Notes under the pieces: model-generated
The model's input: the letters and a program-made list of their open reading frames with translations, nothing else
What the model was told of the DNA's origin: nothing
Databases searched by the model: none
Shown here: positions 19,442 through 29,387 of the stretch, one piece after another
How the letters are laid out: every line of letters starts with the position of its first letter
Position numbering within the stretch: position 1 is the first letter of the stretch
Made by a program: the position numbers and the translations under genes
NCBI GenBank assembly: GCA_965198225.1
Contig: CBDAOY010000006.1
Coordinates: 832,001 to 896,000 of the forward strand
Length of the DNA stretch: 64,000 nt
Reading direction: 5' to 3'
DNA from: Terriglobia bacterium
GTDB taxonomy: Bacteria > Acidobacteriota > Terriglobia > 20CM-2-55-15

Positions 19442-20350
19442 ATGAGAAACCTTTCCTGGCTCGCCATCTTCTGCCTGGCCTTCGCCCTGCTGATGTTCGG
19501 AACCGGCACCGGACGAACGTTCGGCCAGTCGGAGGAGTCCTACCGATTGGTGGGTGAGTGGGCCGCGTTTCCGGAGGGCATCGAATTCGGTCCCGTAGCA
19601 TCGATCGCCCATGCGGCAGACGGCACCCTACACGTCCTCCGGCGTGGGGAGCCCGCTTTCTTCACGCTTGACCGGAGCGGAAAGTACCTCCGTGCTTGGG
19701 GCGAGCAGCTCTTCGAATGGTCTCACGGGCTTCGAGTCGACCGTAACGGCTTCATCTGGGCGACGGACGGCCGGGCGCACGAGGTGATGAAGTTCTCGCC
19801 AGCCGGCAAGCGGCTCATGACGCTTGGTAAGAGAGGCGTTGCGGGTGATGGCCCCGATACGTTCAACCGGCCGACCGATGTCGTCGTGGCGGAAAACGGC
19901 GACTTCTTCGTGACGGACGGCTACGGCAACTCGCGGGTGGTCAAGTTCGATCGGAACGGGAAGTACATCAAGACCTGGGGGACGAAGGGAACCGCCCCCG
20001 GACAGTTCAACCTGCCGCACACCCTCGTCATGGACTCGCGTGGGCGCCTGCTCGTCGGCGACCGCGAAAACCACCGGATCCAGGTTTTCGACCAGGACGG
20101 AAACTTTCTCGAACAATGGACCAGTCTGGGTGCCCCCTACGGGCTTTACATCACGCCGGACGACACGTTGTTCATGGTGGAAGGGGAGGTCGACGACCTT
20201 TTGATAGTCGACGGACTGACCGGCCGCCTGCGGGAGCGGATCGACGGTCTGGACAACTCTCACTGGGTGTCGGTGGACCCGGACGGCAACGTCTATGTCG
20301 CCGAAGTGCGCCCGGGCATGAGCATCAAGAAGTTCGTTCCGAATCGCTGA
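19442..20350 (+). CDS. Secreted NHL-repeat protein (peptidyl-alpha-hydroxyglycine alpha-amidating lyase-like)
   Basis: FNRPTDV, DGYGNSRV, GQFNLPH and DRENHRIQVF NHL repeats. Confidence 0.88.
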   Translation: MRNLSWLAIFCLAFALLMFGTGTGRTFGQSEESYRLVGEWAAFPEGIEFGPVASIAHAADGTLHVLRRGEPAFFTLDRSGKYLRAWGEQLFEWSHGLRVDRNGFIWATDGRAHEVMKFSPAGKRLMTLGKRGVAGDGPDTFNRPTDVVVAENGDFFVTDGYGNSRVVKFDRNGKYIKTWGTKGTAPGQFNLPHTLVMDSRGRLLVGDRENHRIQVFDQDGNFLEQWTSLGAPYGLYITPDDTLFMVEGEVDDLLIVDGLTGRLRERIDGLDNSHWVSVDPDGNVYVAEVRPGMSIKKFVPNR

Positions 20351-20411
20351 ATCGCGTCCCGCGAGCCCTGTCCTTACAGTTACCGCATCTCCGTTCGACT
20401 ACTGACTACTC

Positions 20412-20843
20412 TCACACATATCCCATCTTTTCCGTCAGAGGCATCTTGCTCCGGCTGAAGACACCAGAGCCGCGAGCGATTTCCTTGCCGGTGTCCGCCG
20501 TGACGATGGCGTCGGCGAAGAACACGGTCTTGGAAGCGTGGACGAGGGTCCCGACCGAGTGCAACTTGCCTTCGGAGACCGGGCGGATCAAGTGGACGTT
20601 GAACGATACGGTCAGGACGAAGACTTCGGGGACGACGGAACTCACGGCGAAGAAAGCGGCGTCGTCGAGCAGCTTGAAATAGTAAGCGCCGTGCACAGCG
20701 TTTGCAGAATGGAACAGGTGTTCCTGCACCGGCATTCGGATCTCCGCCGTGCCCTCTCCGATGACGATACTCGGCGAGAGGCTGCGGTTGCACGGGGCTT
20801 CGCCGTACATCCGTTCCAGCTTTCGAAAGTGCTCGTCCGCCAT
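20412..20843 (-). CDS. PaaI family hotdog-fold thioesterase
   Basis: AVHGAYYFKLLDDAAFFA motif; about 143 aa. Confidence 0.85.
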   Translation of the reverse strand: MADEHFRKLERMYGEAPCNRSLSPSIVIGEGTAEIRMPVQEHLFHSANAVHGAYYFKLLDDAAFFAVSSVVPEVFVLTVSFNVHLIRPVSEGKLHSVGTLVHASKTVFFADAIVTADTGKEIARGSGVFSRSKMPLTEKMGYV

Positions 20844-20907
20844 CGCGGCGGGAATGTTACCATAGCCGTCATCCTGGTTTCGGCTACCGAAAAGGGAGGG
20901 CAAGGTC

Positions 20908-22263
20908 GTGGCGGAGAGAGGTCACTGGGGATCGAAACTCGGGTTCGTCCTCGCGGCGGCAGGGTCCGCGATCGGACTCGGCAACATCTGGAAGTTTCCC
21001 TACATAACTGGAGAAAACGGAGGAGGCGCGTTCGTCCTCATCTACCTCGTCTGCATCGCGCTGGTGGGCCTGCCCGTGATGACCGCAGAGATTCTGCTGG
21101 GTCGGTCGACGCAGAGATCCCCGGTCGGCGCCTTCAGGAAACTCTCCGACGGCCGGGGCGGCTGGGTTGCTTTCGGATGGCTGGGAGTCGTCGCCGCATT
21201 TGTCATCCTTTCCTACTACAGCATCGTTGCCGGTTGGGCCCTGCATTACAGCTACCTTTCGATAACCGGGCAGATCGTTGGTTTGGGCCCTGAGGGAGTC
21301 GGGCCCGCTTTTGGCGCGCTTTTCGCCTCGAACGGGCTGAACCTGTTCTGGCACGCCATCTTCATGACCGTCACGATCGGAGTGGTGGTCGGCGGTGTCA
21401 GCAAAGGGTTGGAAAGGGCGGCTCGGATCCTGATGCCGGCCCTGTTCGTCCTGATGATCATCCTGCTGGTGAACTCCTTCACGCTCGACGGGTTTGGCCG
21501 TGCCCTGGATTTCGTCTTCGGTTTCCACACCGAGCAGTTGACCGCGGCGGGAGTCCTCGAAGCCCTCGGGCACGCGTTCTTCACGCTGAGCCTCGGGATG
21601 GGTGCGATGCTGACCTACGGGAGCTATCTCCATCGGGACGACGACATCATGTCGGCCTCGATCACGATCTCGGTACTCGACACGGTGATCGCCTTGACCG
21701 CATCGATGATTCTCTTCCCGATCATCTTTACGTTCGGCATGGAGCCGGGGCAAGGTCCCGGCCTCGTGTTTGTCAGCGTGCCGATCGCGTTGAGTCAGCT
21801 TCCCGCAGGCGGGTTCCTGTCTTTCGTCTTCTTCGCGTTGCTGGTCTTTGCCGCCCTTACAAGTTCGATCTCGATGCTCGAGGTGGTCACCTCCTACATG
21901 ATCGACGAAAAGGGTTGGCTGCGATCTCGTGCCACCCTCGTTTCGGGAGCGATCATCGCCGTAATTGGCATCCCCTCGGCCCTGAGCGGCGGAACGGCCC
22001 TGTTCGGGTCCAGTTTCGCGGATGTCTTCGGCCGAAACTGGTTCGATACGTTCGATTACCTGGTGTCGAACTGGATGCTGCCACTGGGTGGGCTCGGGAT
22101 CGCACTGTTCACCGCGTGGCGTGTCGACGACGCGATCCGGCACCGGGAATTCCTGAACGGCACGAAGCTAGCCTTCTTCTACCAGGCCTGGTTGTTGCTG
22201 CTGAAGTTCGTCGTTCCGTTCGCGATCGCGCTCGTGTTTCTGCGCGCGATAGGGGTGATTTAG
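20908..22263 (+). CDS. Sodium-dependent transporter, NSS/SNF family
   Basis: GSAIGLGNIWKFPY...NGGGAF signature, FFTLSLG, GPGLVF, multiple TM helices. Confidence 0.95.
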   Translation: MAERGHWGSKLGFVLAAAGSAIGLGNIWKFPYITGENGGGAFVLIYLVCIALVGLPVMTAEILLGRSTQRSPVGAFRKLSDGRGGWVAFGWLGVVAAFVILSYYSIVAGWALHYSYLSITGQIVGLGPEGVGPAFGALFASNGLNLFWHAIFMTVTIGVVVGGVSKGLERAARILMPALFVLMIILLVNSFTLDGFGRALDFVFGFHTEQLTAAGVLEALGHAFFTLSLGMGAMLTYGSYLHRDDDIMSASITISVLDTVIALTASMILFPIIFTFGMEPGQGPGLVFVSVPIALSQLPAGGFLSFVFFALLVFAALTSSISMLEVVTSYMIDEKGWLRSRATLVSGAIIAVIGIPSALSGGTALFGSSFADVFGRNWFDTFDYLVSNWMLPLGGLGIALFTAWRVDDAIRHREFLNGTKLAFFYQAWLLLLKFVVPFAIALVFLRAIGVI

Positions 22264-22270
22264 AAGCGCC

Positions 22271-22987
22271 ATGGATGAACAGGTCGCATTCGACATCGCC
22301 TGCGGCACGCGCATCCTTGCCTCCGAGGGTCTGTCGACGCTGGTCGCCGGACACCTGAGCGTCGATGTCGGCGGCGAAATGTACGTGAATCGTTTCGGGC
22401 CGTCGTTTGCGCAGGTTCGGCCCGAAGACATCATTCGCGTCGACTACGACGGGAACGTCGTCGAGGGAGAGGGATACACGAACGATACGATCCGACTCCA
22501 CGGCGTCCTGCACCGGATGGTTCCCGAAGCCCGGGCGCTGGTCCACACGCATCCGCCGTCTGTGGTGACTCTCAGCTCGTTCCGGCTCGTACCGGAGATT
22601 TATGACCAGGAGAGCTGTTTCCTGGCCGGTGACATCGCCATCTACGATGAAAACTACGAAGGTCTGGTGACGACTGAAGAACGTGTCAGCCCGATGGCGA
22701 GCGTACTCAGGAAGGCACGGAACCTCATCCTGCCGAACCACGGAGCGTTGACCTCCGGCGACAACATCCGCGTTGCGACCCTCCGCATGACCCTGTTGGA
22801 GCACCTCGCCAAGCGCTACCTGGCCGTACGGCAGACAGCGGCGACGCTGGACAGGAAACCTAAAGGAATCCCCGAGGAGGTGGCGATCGGGACCCGAAAG
22901 GAACTGGAGGGTCTGAAGGCCGAGGGACTGGTCTGGCAGGATTACATCAGCCGGCTTGGGTTGGCGAAACCCGGCGGTTTTGATTGA
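22271..22987 (+). CDS. Class II aldolase/adducin family protein
   Basis: GHLS, LH, VHTHP and LPNHG metal-binding motifs. Confidence 0.88.
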   Translation: MDEQVAFDIACGTRILASEGLSTLVAGHLSVDVGGEMYVNRFGPSFAQVRPEDIIRVDYDGNVVEGEGYTNDTIRLHGVLHRMVPEARALVHTHPPSVVTLSSFRLVPEIYDQESCFLAGDIAIYDENYEGLVTTEERVSPMASVLRKARNLILPNHGALTSGDNIRVATLRMTLLEHLAKRYLAVRQTAATLDRKPKGIPEEVAIGTRKELEGLKAEGLVWQDYISRLGLAKPGGFD

Positions 22988-23002
22988 GCGTCGCGCTCGA
23001 GT

Positions 23003-23399
23003 GTAGGTGCGCTCTATGAGCGGAACCATCTATTAGCGTCGGGCCCACCGTCCCCCTCACGACGAAAGACTGAACGTTCACGGACCGAATTGCAGTGCGA
23101 GGGTTCGCTGAGAAAGACAGTTGGTCCGGTCCCCCCACGCCATCCCTGACCAGAACAGTGTGTGTCATAGGCCGCACCTACACCTATCGCGAATTGCTAT
23201 ATTTGAAAGAATCCACATCGTAGGTTGCGGATTGCAGATTGTTTCATTTCAGATTTCCGACCAATAAGAAATCGAGCAATTTGCAATCTCCAAATCTCCA
23301 ATGCGGAATCGTCCAATGACCAATCTGCAATAGCTGTCGGACGAGGTCCCAGCCACCTCGCTCGATCGAGTACAATGTGCGGTCATAGACCGCACCTAC
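23003..23399. repeat. Cluster of GTAG-type REP copies (23003, about 23160 degenerate, 23377-23399)
   Basis: GTAGGTGCGCTCTATGAGCG and GTGCGGTCATAGACCGCACCTAC lie between convergent genes, with ATTGC/GCAAT short-period repeats between them. Confidence 0.75.
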
Positions 23400-23401
23400 A
23401 C

Positions 23402-24871
23402 CTACCCCTCTTTCGGCACCCAGCCGTAATAGTGGTTGTCGCGCATCAAGCCCCGATCGTTGTATGCGGCCTTGTAGCGTGACATGTAGTCGGTCGGGAT
23501 CGCGTTCCTTCGGGTGTCCACGTCGACTTTGAAAACCTTCGCGGCGTTGAGCCCGAAAATCTTCTCCTTGTCCTCGGCCGTGATTTCCGGGTATCCCCAT
23601 CGTTCCATCAACTGTTCGGGCATCCGGAACCGGTGCATGGCCTGGATGATCCACTGCGGTGAGCCCCACCAGAGACAGTCCGTACCCCAGATGATGTGGT
23701 CCGAACCGAACGACTTCATCAGGGAGCCGAGCATGTGGCCCATCATGATCGGGTCGCCGACGCACATTGCGAATACGCTTCCGATCTCGGGGTACACGTT
23801 GGTCATGCCGGGATTCGCGTCACGATCGGCACACAGGTCGCGCATCCATTCCAGTCCGCCGTGTTCTTCCGCGTCGGCCTTCACGTCGGTACCAGATGAA
23901 TTGAATCCGCGGTAGCCGTGGCGCATTCCCGAGTGATAGACGAGGAAGTTCATTCCCGGGAAGTCCAGGGCCGCCTGCTTGATGTCTCCGGGATGGGCAA
24001 ATGCTTCGTGCGGGCTGCTGTCGGAGAGCCCCTTGTGGACGCACGTGACGTCCATTCCGAGCTCCAGCGACTTCTCCCAGAACGGATAGGCCACGTCGGG
24101 ATCGTCGTAGCGCCAGGGATCGGTCGTCAGCGGGTTGTGCGTGTAGTGCTTCCAGCCGTCGATACGGAGTTCTCGCACTTCGCGCTCGATCTCCTCGGCA
24201 ACTTCGGCGAAGGTGGCGTGGTGGTTGGGCGCGATCTGCCCGTGGACCAGCACCCGCTGGGACCCGGCCATCTCGTTCACATGATCTCGTGCCTCGGCCG
24301 CCACGTCGACCGGTAGCAGATTCCGCCCGTGGGCTTGCCCCCAGTTGTTCCCGTCCTCCGGGGAGGGGATCCCGCTGATGAGCCCCATCGTCGTGTCGCT
24401 GTCGAAGAAGATTTCCCTGATAAAGGTTTCGAAATTGTAATCCTCGGCGGAGTTTCCGATGTCGGGCGCTCCGATGTCTTTCAGAAACTGAGCGTTGCGC
24501 AGGTTGGTCTTCATCCCGTCCTGGCAGAAGTGGTTCTGCGAGTCGATTATGAAAACGCCCTTCGGAAGCCTTTCGTCCGTCGCCGCCTGCTCGAAGACTT
24601 CGATCTCCGCCACGTCGTAGGCGGCAAAGCCGAGGTTCTTGTTCAGAGCCAGGAAGGCGCAGGCCAGGCCGCCGCTGGTTCTGAGAAACGTCCGACGATC
24701 CATCCCGAGTCGTCGAGAATACCTCTCCGCGTCTTCCAGGATGGTCTGTTCAACCTTCTTTTCGAATTCCGTCTGCGGGATCGGTGTAGTCTCTTCGTTC
24801 GAGATCATCTGGCAGGGAATCGGCAGCCTCCGATCCTGGTCCCGATCGCGCTTCAGCTTACGAGTCCACAT
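23402..24871 (-). CDS. Amidohydrolase family protein with internal twin-arginine-like motif
   Basis: DRRTFL, IIDSQNH, VHKG, YHSG, WGTDCLWWGSPQ and KIFGLNAA motifs. GGAGG RBS. Confidence 0.85.
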   Translation of the reverse strand: MWTRKLKRDRDQDRRLPIPCQMISNEETTPIPQTEFEKKVEQTILEDAERYSRRLGMDRRTFLRTSGGLACAFLALNKNLGFAAYDVAEIEVFEQAATDERLPKGVFIIDSQNHFCQDGMKTNLRNAQFLKDIGAPDIGNSAEDYNFETFIREIFFDSDTTMGLISGIPSPEDGNNWGQAHGRNLLPVDVAAEARDHVNEMAGSQRVLVHGQIAPNHHATFAEVAEEIEREVRELRIDGWKHYTHNPLTTDPWRYDDPDVAYPFWEKSLELGMDVTCVHKGLSDSSPHEAFAHPGDIKQAALDFPGMNFLVYHSGMRHGYRGFNSSGTDVKADAEEHGGLEWMRDLCADRDANPGMTNVYPEIGSVFAMCVGDPIMMGHMLGSLMKSFGSDHIIWGTDCLWWGSPQWIIQAMHRFRMPEQLMERWGYPEITAEDKEKIFGLNAAKVFKVDVDTRRNAIPTDYMSRYKAAYNDRGLMRDNHYYGWVPKEG

Positions 24872-24961
24872 GGCAACCTCCGGCACTGGATTGTAGTGGC
24901 GAGTTCGAGGACGATATCACGAATAGGGACGCTTCACACGCCGTCTATAATGGACAGACCT

Positions 24962-25864
24962 ATGAGTCGATCACCGGTGCCTTTCTCACTTGGCCTGGCT
25001 CTACTGTTGCTGTCGGCAACGGGCACACCCAATCCGACTCAGAACGATTTTCCGTCCAAATGGATCCACGGCAGTGACGATTGTGCGGAGAATCTCGATC
25101 CGCCGGTACAGGTTCACAGTTACACCGAAAGCACCTGGATCCTGCGTCAGAGCAAATGCATCCACTACGAGGCGCCGTTCGTCTATCTTCTCCTGGGCGA
25201 TGACCGGGCGTTGATGCAGGACACCGGCGCCGTTGCAGGGTCGGACGGTATCCGGAATGCCGTCGATCAGATCATCGGGAACTGGCAGGACGCACACGGC
25301 GGCGCTGTGATCGACCTCATCGTCAGCCACTCCCACGCGCACGGCGACCATGTTGCGGGCGATCCCTGGTTCGCCGACCGGGAGAACACGACGATCATCG
25401 GCGACGACGTCGCTGCGGTTCGCGCCGAGTTCGGGATTTCCGAGTGGCCCTCGGCGGGAGCGGAACTGGACCTGGGAGGCAGGATCCTGGACATCATCCC
25501 GATCCCCGGGCACCAGGAGAGTCACGTCGCGATCTACGATCGGGAGACGCGTGTCCTACTGACGGGGGACACGCTTTATCCGGGCCGGCTCTACGTTTGG
25601 GACTGGCCGGAATACCGGACCAGCATCGATAGGCTCGTCGAATTCACACGATCCAGGCCGGTCTCCTACGTCCTGGGAACCCATGTCGAGATGTCGGACC
25701 GGCCGGGTGTCGATTATCCTGTCGGAACGCGATACCAGCCCGACGAACATCCCTTGCAACTGCGACTGTCTCACCTGATCGAACTGCATCAAGCTTTGTT
25801 GGCGATCGGCGATGAACCCAAGGCCGACGTGCACGACAGCTTTATCATCGTCCCGAGGCAATAG
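24962..25864 (+). CDS. Secreted MBL-fold metallo-hydrolase
   Basis: DTG, SHSHAHGDH, PGH, TGD and GTH motifs plus a signal peptide. The start may be 24950. Confidence 0.88.
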   Translation: MSRSPVPFSLGLALLLLSATGTPNPTQNDFPSKWIHGSDDCAENLDPPVQVHSYTESTWILRQSKCIHYEAPFVYLLLGDDRALMQDTGAVAGSDGIRNAVDQIIGNWQDAHGGAVIDLIVSHSHAHGDHVAGDPWFADRENTTIIGDDVAAVRAEFGISEWPSAGAELDLGGRILDIIPIPGHQESHVAIYDRETRVLLTGDTLYPGRLYVWDWPEYRTSIDRLVEFTRSRPVSYVLGTHVEMSDRPGVDYPVGTRYQPDEHPLQLRLSHLIELHQALLAIGDEPKADVHDSFIIVPRQ

Positions 25865-25872
25865 ATGAAGAT

Positions 25873-25956
25873 TAACCACGGAGGCGCGGAGACACGGAGG
25901 CCGGAACGATTTTTTTGAAAACAAAGAAGCTCCGCGCCTCCGCGCCTCCGCGGTTA
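25873..25956. repeat. Hairpin of 9-mer units between convergent genes
   Basis: TAACCACGGAGGCGCGGAGACACGGAG and CTCCGCGCCTCCGCGCCTCCGCGGTTA form an imperfect inverted repeat. Confidence 0.75.
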
Positions 25957-25964
25957 TTCCTGAC

Positions 25965-28900
25965 TTACAGGTTCAGCAAATAGCCTTTGCATGGCAGGCC
26001 GGTGATTTGGGTCATCGCGTACGTGTACCAGCCGACCTGGAGTTGGTAGTGTTCGAGATTCGTTGTGATGTCTGCATCCGTCTTGAAGTCGACAACGTGC
26101 CAGGTCTCGTTGTCGAGGAACGCGAGGTCGATCACGCCTTCCAGGATTCGGGCGTTTTCCGCCGGCAGGGTTACGGGCAGCTCCCGGTGGACACGTTCGG
26201 CCTGATGGACCCGCCCCAGGAAGGGATGGTTCAGAGCGTTCGCGATTGCATCGACGGCCGCGTCGATTTCATCTTGCGGCGCATCGATGAGCCGTGCGTG
26301 CATCACTGCCAGTGATTTGATGTCCTTCCTCGAAGCTGTGAACGAGACGTCCCTCAAGAGCTGGTGGACGAGCGTGCCGAATCGCGGACCGGCCGGACGG
26401 TCTTTCACCCTGTCGAGTTCCAGGACCTGGATGTCGCCGGCCCCATCCGGCGCCAGAGTGGTGGTCTCGGTCGCGATGAAAACCTCGAATCGCGACCGGC
26501 TGCCGCTCTCGATGCGTGCTTTCCGACGAGCCCTCCAGGATCGGTAGGCTTCCCCCGAGTCGTCGCCGGATTTGCCCTGCGGGTTCTCCTTCAGCATCTC
26601 TTCCTGTCTTAGCCCGAAGTTTCCTTCAACGTCGAGGTCAAGCTGGGCCGGATCCCACCAGACGACGTCCAGTTCCCCGGCTCGCGGCCGGTGCAGGCCC
26701 GGTTGCACGGAGTACTCGTCGTGTGTCATCAGGTTGGCGGGCCGTTCCAGTACGGATCGATCGCCGAATTCCGGACAGCCGGCAGCGGTTCCGGCATGGC
26801 GACGGGACGCCTCTACCGGATACAGAGCTCTGTTGAGACATCCCACCCACCCTTCGATCGGCTCATCTCCCACAACGGGGACCACCAGCAGGTCGCGAGC
26901 CCGCGTGGCGGCCACGTACGCAATCCGCGTCCCCTCGGCTTCGTCCCGACGGTGTTCGGTTTCCGTATGATCCTGGAGTTCCCAGGGCGAGCAACCCAGT
27001 ATGCGCATCGCGCACAGCTCCCTGGCCGGGTCCACATGCTTGTCGGCCGATGCGGCCGCGAGGTTCGCGGTGATGTCGGCCAGGATCACAATCGGGAACT
27101 CCAGCCCTTTTGCGGCGTGGACCGTCATGATTCGTACCCCTTCGGCTCCTTCTTCGAGAACCGGCGCCTCGGCGGCGTCTTCGGTAACGGCCTCGGCTCT
27201 GAGCTGGTCGACGAAACCTCTGAACGAAGACCCACCGCGGGCTTCAAAGCTCCGCGCCAGATCCCCTACTCGGTAGACATTGGCGAGGATCTGATTGCCG
27301 GCAGGCCGTAGCGCGAAAGCCGCGTGGGCCCGGCTCGACTCCAGCAGTTCGTTGATCGTCTCGACGAACGGTTGCCAGTTCCTCCGGCGGTGCAAACCGG
27401 CCAGTATGCCCAGGACTTCGAAGATGGGTTCGAATTCTGGGTCAACCTCGTCGGGGTGTTTTCGAAAAGGGTGCAGCGAGCCGACGGAATGGCGGTACCG
27501 GAGCAGGAGCGGGTCGGGGATAGCGAACAGTGATCCCTTCAGTGTCGCGTACACGGAGAGTTCGTCATCCGGCCATTCGATCGCGGTCAGCGCGGCCCGG
27601 ATCGTCTCGACCTCCTCCCGCTGATGAAACGACTTGGCCCCCCAGAGCAGGTGGGGGATGTTGCGGGTCTCCAGGGCGTGGACGTACCCGCGGGTGATAT
27701 CTTCTCCCCACGACAGAAACCGGCGGAACAGGATGCAGACATGACGGGACGAAACCGGAATCTCTTCCCCGCGTTTGTCGGGATTCCGGACTCGCCATCC
27801 GCTTTCTTTGAGAAGCCATTGGATGAAGGCGCCTACCGTGTCGGGCAGGCTTGCTTCCACGGCCCTCTTGGTTACCCGATACCAGCCGTAGGGACGCCCG
27901 ACCGGAAGAGCGATGACCGACGGCTGGCCCCCGATGGGGGTCGCATGCTGGTCGAGCGGGACATAGGTGGGTTGTCCGGTCATCGGATCCCCGTCCATCA
28001 CCCTGGCGAACGCGGCATTGACGGCCTTCTGGATGTCGGGTACGGCCCGAAAACTCTTCGTCAGGTACACGAGTCCGACTCCTCGCGATGTCAGCGTCTC
28101 GCGGAGCAACTGATACAAAACGACGTCGGCGCGACGAAAACGATAGATCGACTGCTTGGGGTCTCCCACGAGGAATAGCTTGCCGGGGATTGGTGTGGTC
28201 TGCAGCCAGTCTGTGTACCCAGGGTCATCCGCGGCGAGCAGCAGCAGGATCTCCGCCTGCAGCGGATCCGTGTCCTGGAATTCATCGACGAAAATATGAG
28301 TGAACCGTCTCTGCAGGAAGCGACGCACATCTCCGTTATCCCGAATCAGGTTTCGGGTCGCCAGCAGGAGATCGACGAAATCGACCTTCCCCGCCCGTGT
28401 CTTCGCCTCGTCGTAGCGTTCAACCAGATCCCATAGCTCGTCGCGGAGCAGAGACGCCAGGTCGGCCTCCGAGCGGACCTGGAACCCGTTGAGCTCCGCA
28501 AGCAGCCGTTCCCTTCGATCCAACACCTGCTGGCGGGAATAGTCGTCGGAGAACTTGCCGCGACCCTTCTTCCTGTTCCACTTCAAATCCCGCCCCAGGC
28601 GGACGAGAACGGCTTCCAGGTCGTCATAGTCTCTCCGGCGAACTGCCTCGGCCCGGTCGACTCGGGTCCTGAAATCGATCGTTCCCCTCAGCGCCTGACG
28701 CAGTGGATCACGAAAGTTGCGGCTCGAAGAGACCATCGTCGAGAGTTCGACAACCTGATCGACGAGGGCGTCGATCTCTTCTTCCCGCGAGAATTCCTCC
28801 CGCCTCCATGACCGGGGAAAGTCGCGCCACTCGACGAGCCGCCACGCGGCATTCTCAATCTGCTCGAGCGGCGACCGGTTTGGGTCCCACGAGGCAGCCC

Positions 28901-29387
28901 GGCTCAGGGCCCGTCGCAGCCCCGGCGGGGGACTACTCAATCGTTCCTGTATCCACTTGCTGAAGACGCGGGCAAACAGGCGTGGCGCCTGCCTTTCGTC
29001 GAGTTCCTCGAAACCAGGCTGGATCGATGCCTCGACGGGCCTTTCGCGAAGGATATCGGCGCAGAAAGAGTGGATCGTGCCGATGTGGGCCTCTTCCAGA
29101 CGAACCAGTGCAAGTTCGAGCGAGCTCAAATCCACCGTTTCCCGCGAGTTGGTTCGGGCGTTGTCCAGTCCCTGTCTCAGGCGGAGTTTCAGTTCTCCAG
29201 CCGCTTTCCGAGTGAAAGTGACGGCGACGACTCGGTCTATGGTCGTCCGACCGCTCCCGAGCACCGCAACGATCCTGCGCACGAGTTCGGATGTTTTTCC
29301 GGTCCCGGCCGCAGCTTCGACGATCAGGCTCTCGTCCAGCGATTCCCGGATCCGCCGGCGGACCGGGGCGTCGTCGGTCCCAGTCAT
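25965..29387 (-). CDS. addA: UvrD-type helicase with C-terminal PD-(D/E)XK nuclease (AddA-like)
   Basis: AAAGTGKT, TFTRKAA, VDEFQD, GDPKQSIYRFR, TVHAAKGLEF, YVAATRA and GVID...DFKT motifs. ATGA overlap with the upstream gene. Confidence 0.88.
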   Translation of the reverse strand: MTGTDDAPVRRRIRESLDESLIVEAAAGTGKTSELVRRIVAVLGSGRTTIDRVVAVTFTRKAAGELKLRLRQGLDNARTNSRETVDLSSLELALVRLEEAHIGTIHSFCADILRERPVEASIQPGFEELDERQAPRLFARVFSKWIQERLSSPPPGLRRALSRAASWDPNRSPLEQIENAAWRLVEWRDFPRSWRREEFSREEEIDALVDQVVELSTMVSSSRNFRDPLRQALRGTIDFRTRVDRAEAVRRRDYDDLEAVLVRLGRDLKWNRKKGRGKFSDDYSRQQVLDRRERLLAELNGFQVRSEADLASLLRDELWDLVERYDEAKTRAGKVDFVDLLLATRNLIRDNGDVRRFLQRRFTHIFVDEFQDTDPLQAEILLLLAADDPGYTDWLQTTPIPGKLFLVGDPKQSIYRFRRADVVLYQLLRETLTSRGVGLVYLTKSFRAVPDIQKAVNAAFARVMDGDPMTGQPTYVPLDQHATPIGGQPSVIALPVGRPYGWYRVTKRAVEASLPDTVGAFIQWLLKESGWRVRNPDKRGEEIPVSSRHVCILFRRFLSWGEDITRGYVHALETRNIPHLLWGAKSFHQREEVETIRAALTAIEWPDDELSVYATLKGSLFAIPDPLLLRYRHSVGSLHPFRKHPDEVDPEFEPIFEVLGILAGLHRRRNWQPFVETINELLESSRAHAAFALRPAGNQILANVYRVGDLARSFEARGGSSFRGFVDQLRAEAVTEDAAEAPVLEEGAEGVRIMTVHAAKGLEFPIVILADITANLAAASADKHVDPARELCAMRILGCSPWELQDHTETEHRRDEAEGTRIAYVAATRARDLLVVPVVGDEPIEGWVGCLNRALYPVEASRRHAGTAAGCPEFGDRSVLERPANLMTHDEYSVQPGLHRPRAGELDVVWWDPAQLDLDVEGNFGLRQEEMLKENPQGKSGDDSGEAYRSWRARRKARIESGSRSRFEVFIATETTTLAPDGAGDIQVLELDRVKDRPAGPRFGTLVHQLLRDVSFTASRKDIKSLAVMHARLIDAPQDEIDAAVDAIANALNHPFLGRVHQAERVHRELPVTLPAENARILEGVIDLAFLDNETWHVVDFKTDADITTNLEHYQLQVGWYTYAMTQITGLPCKGYLLNL

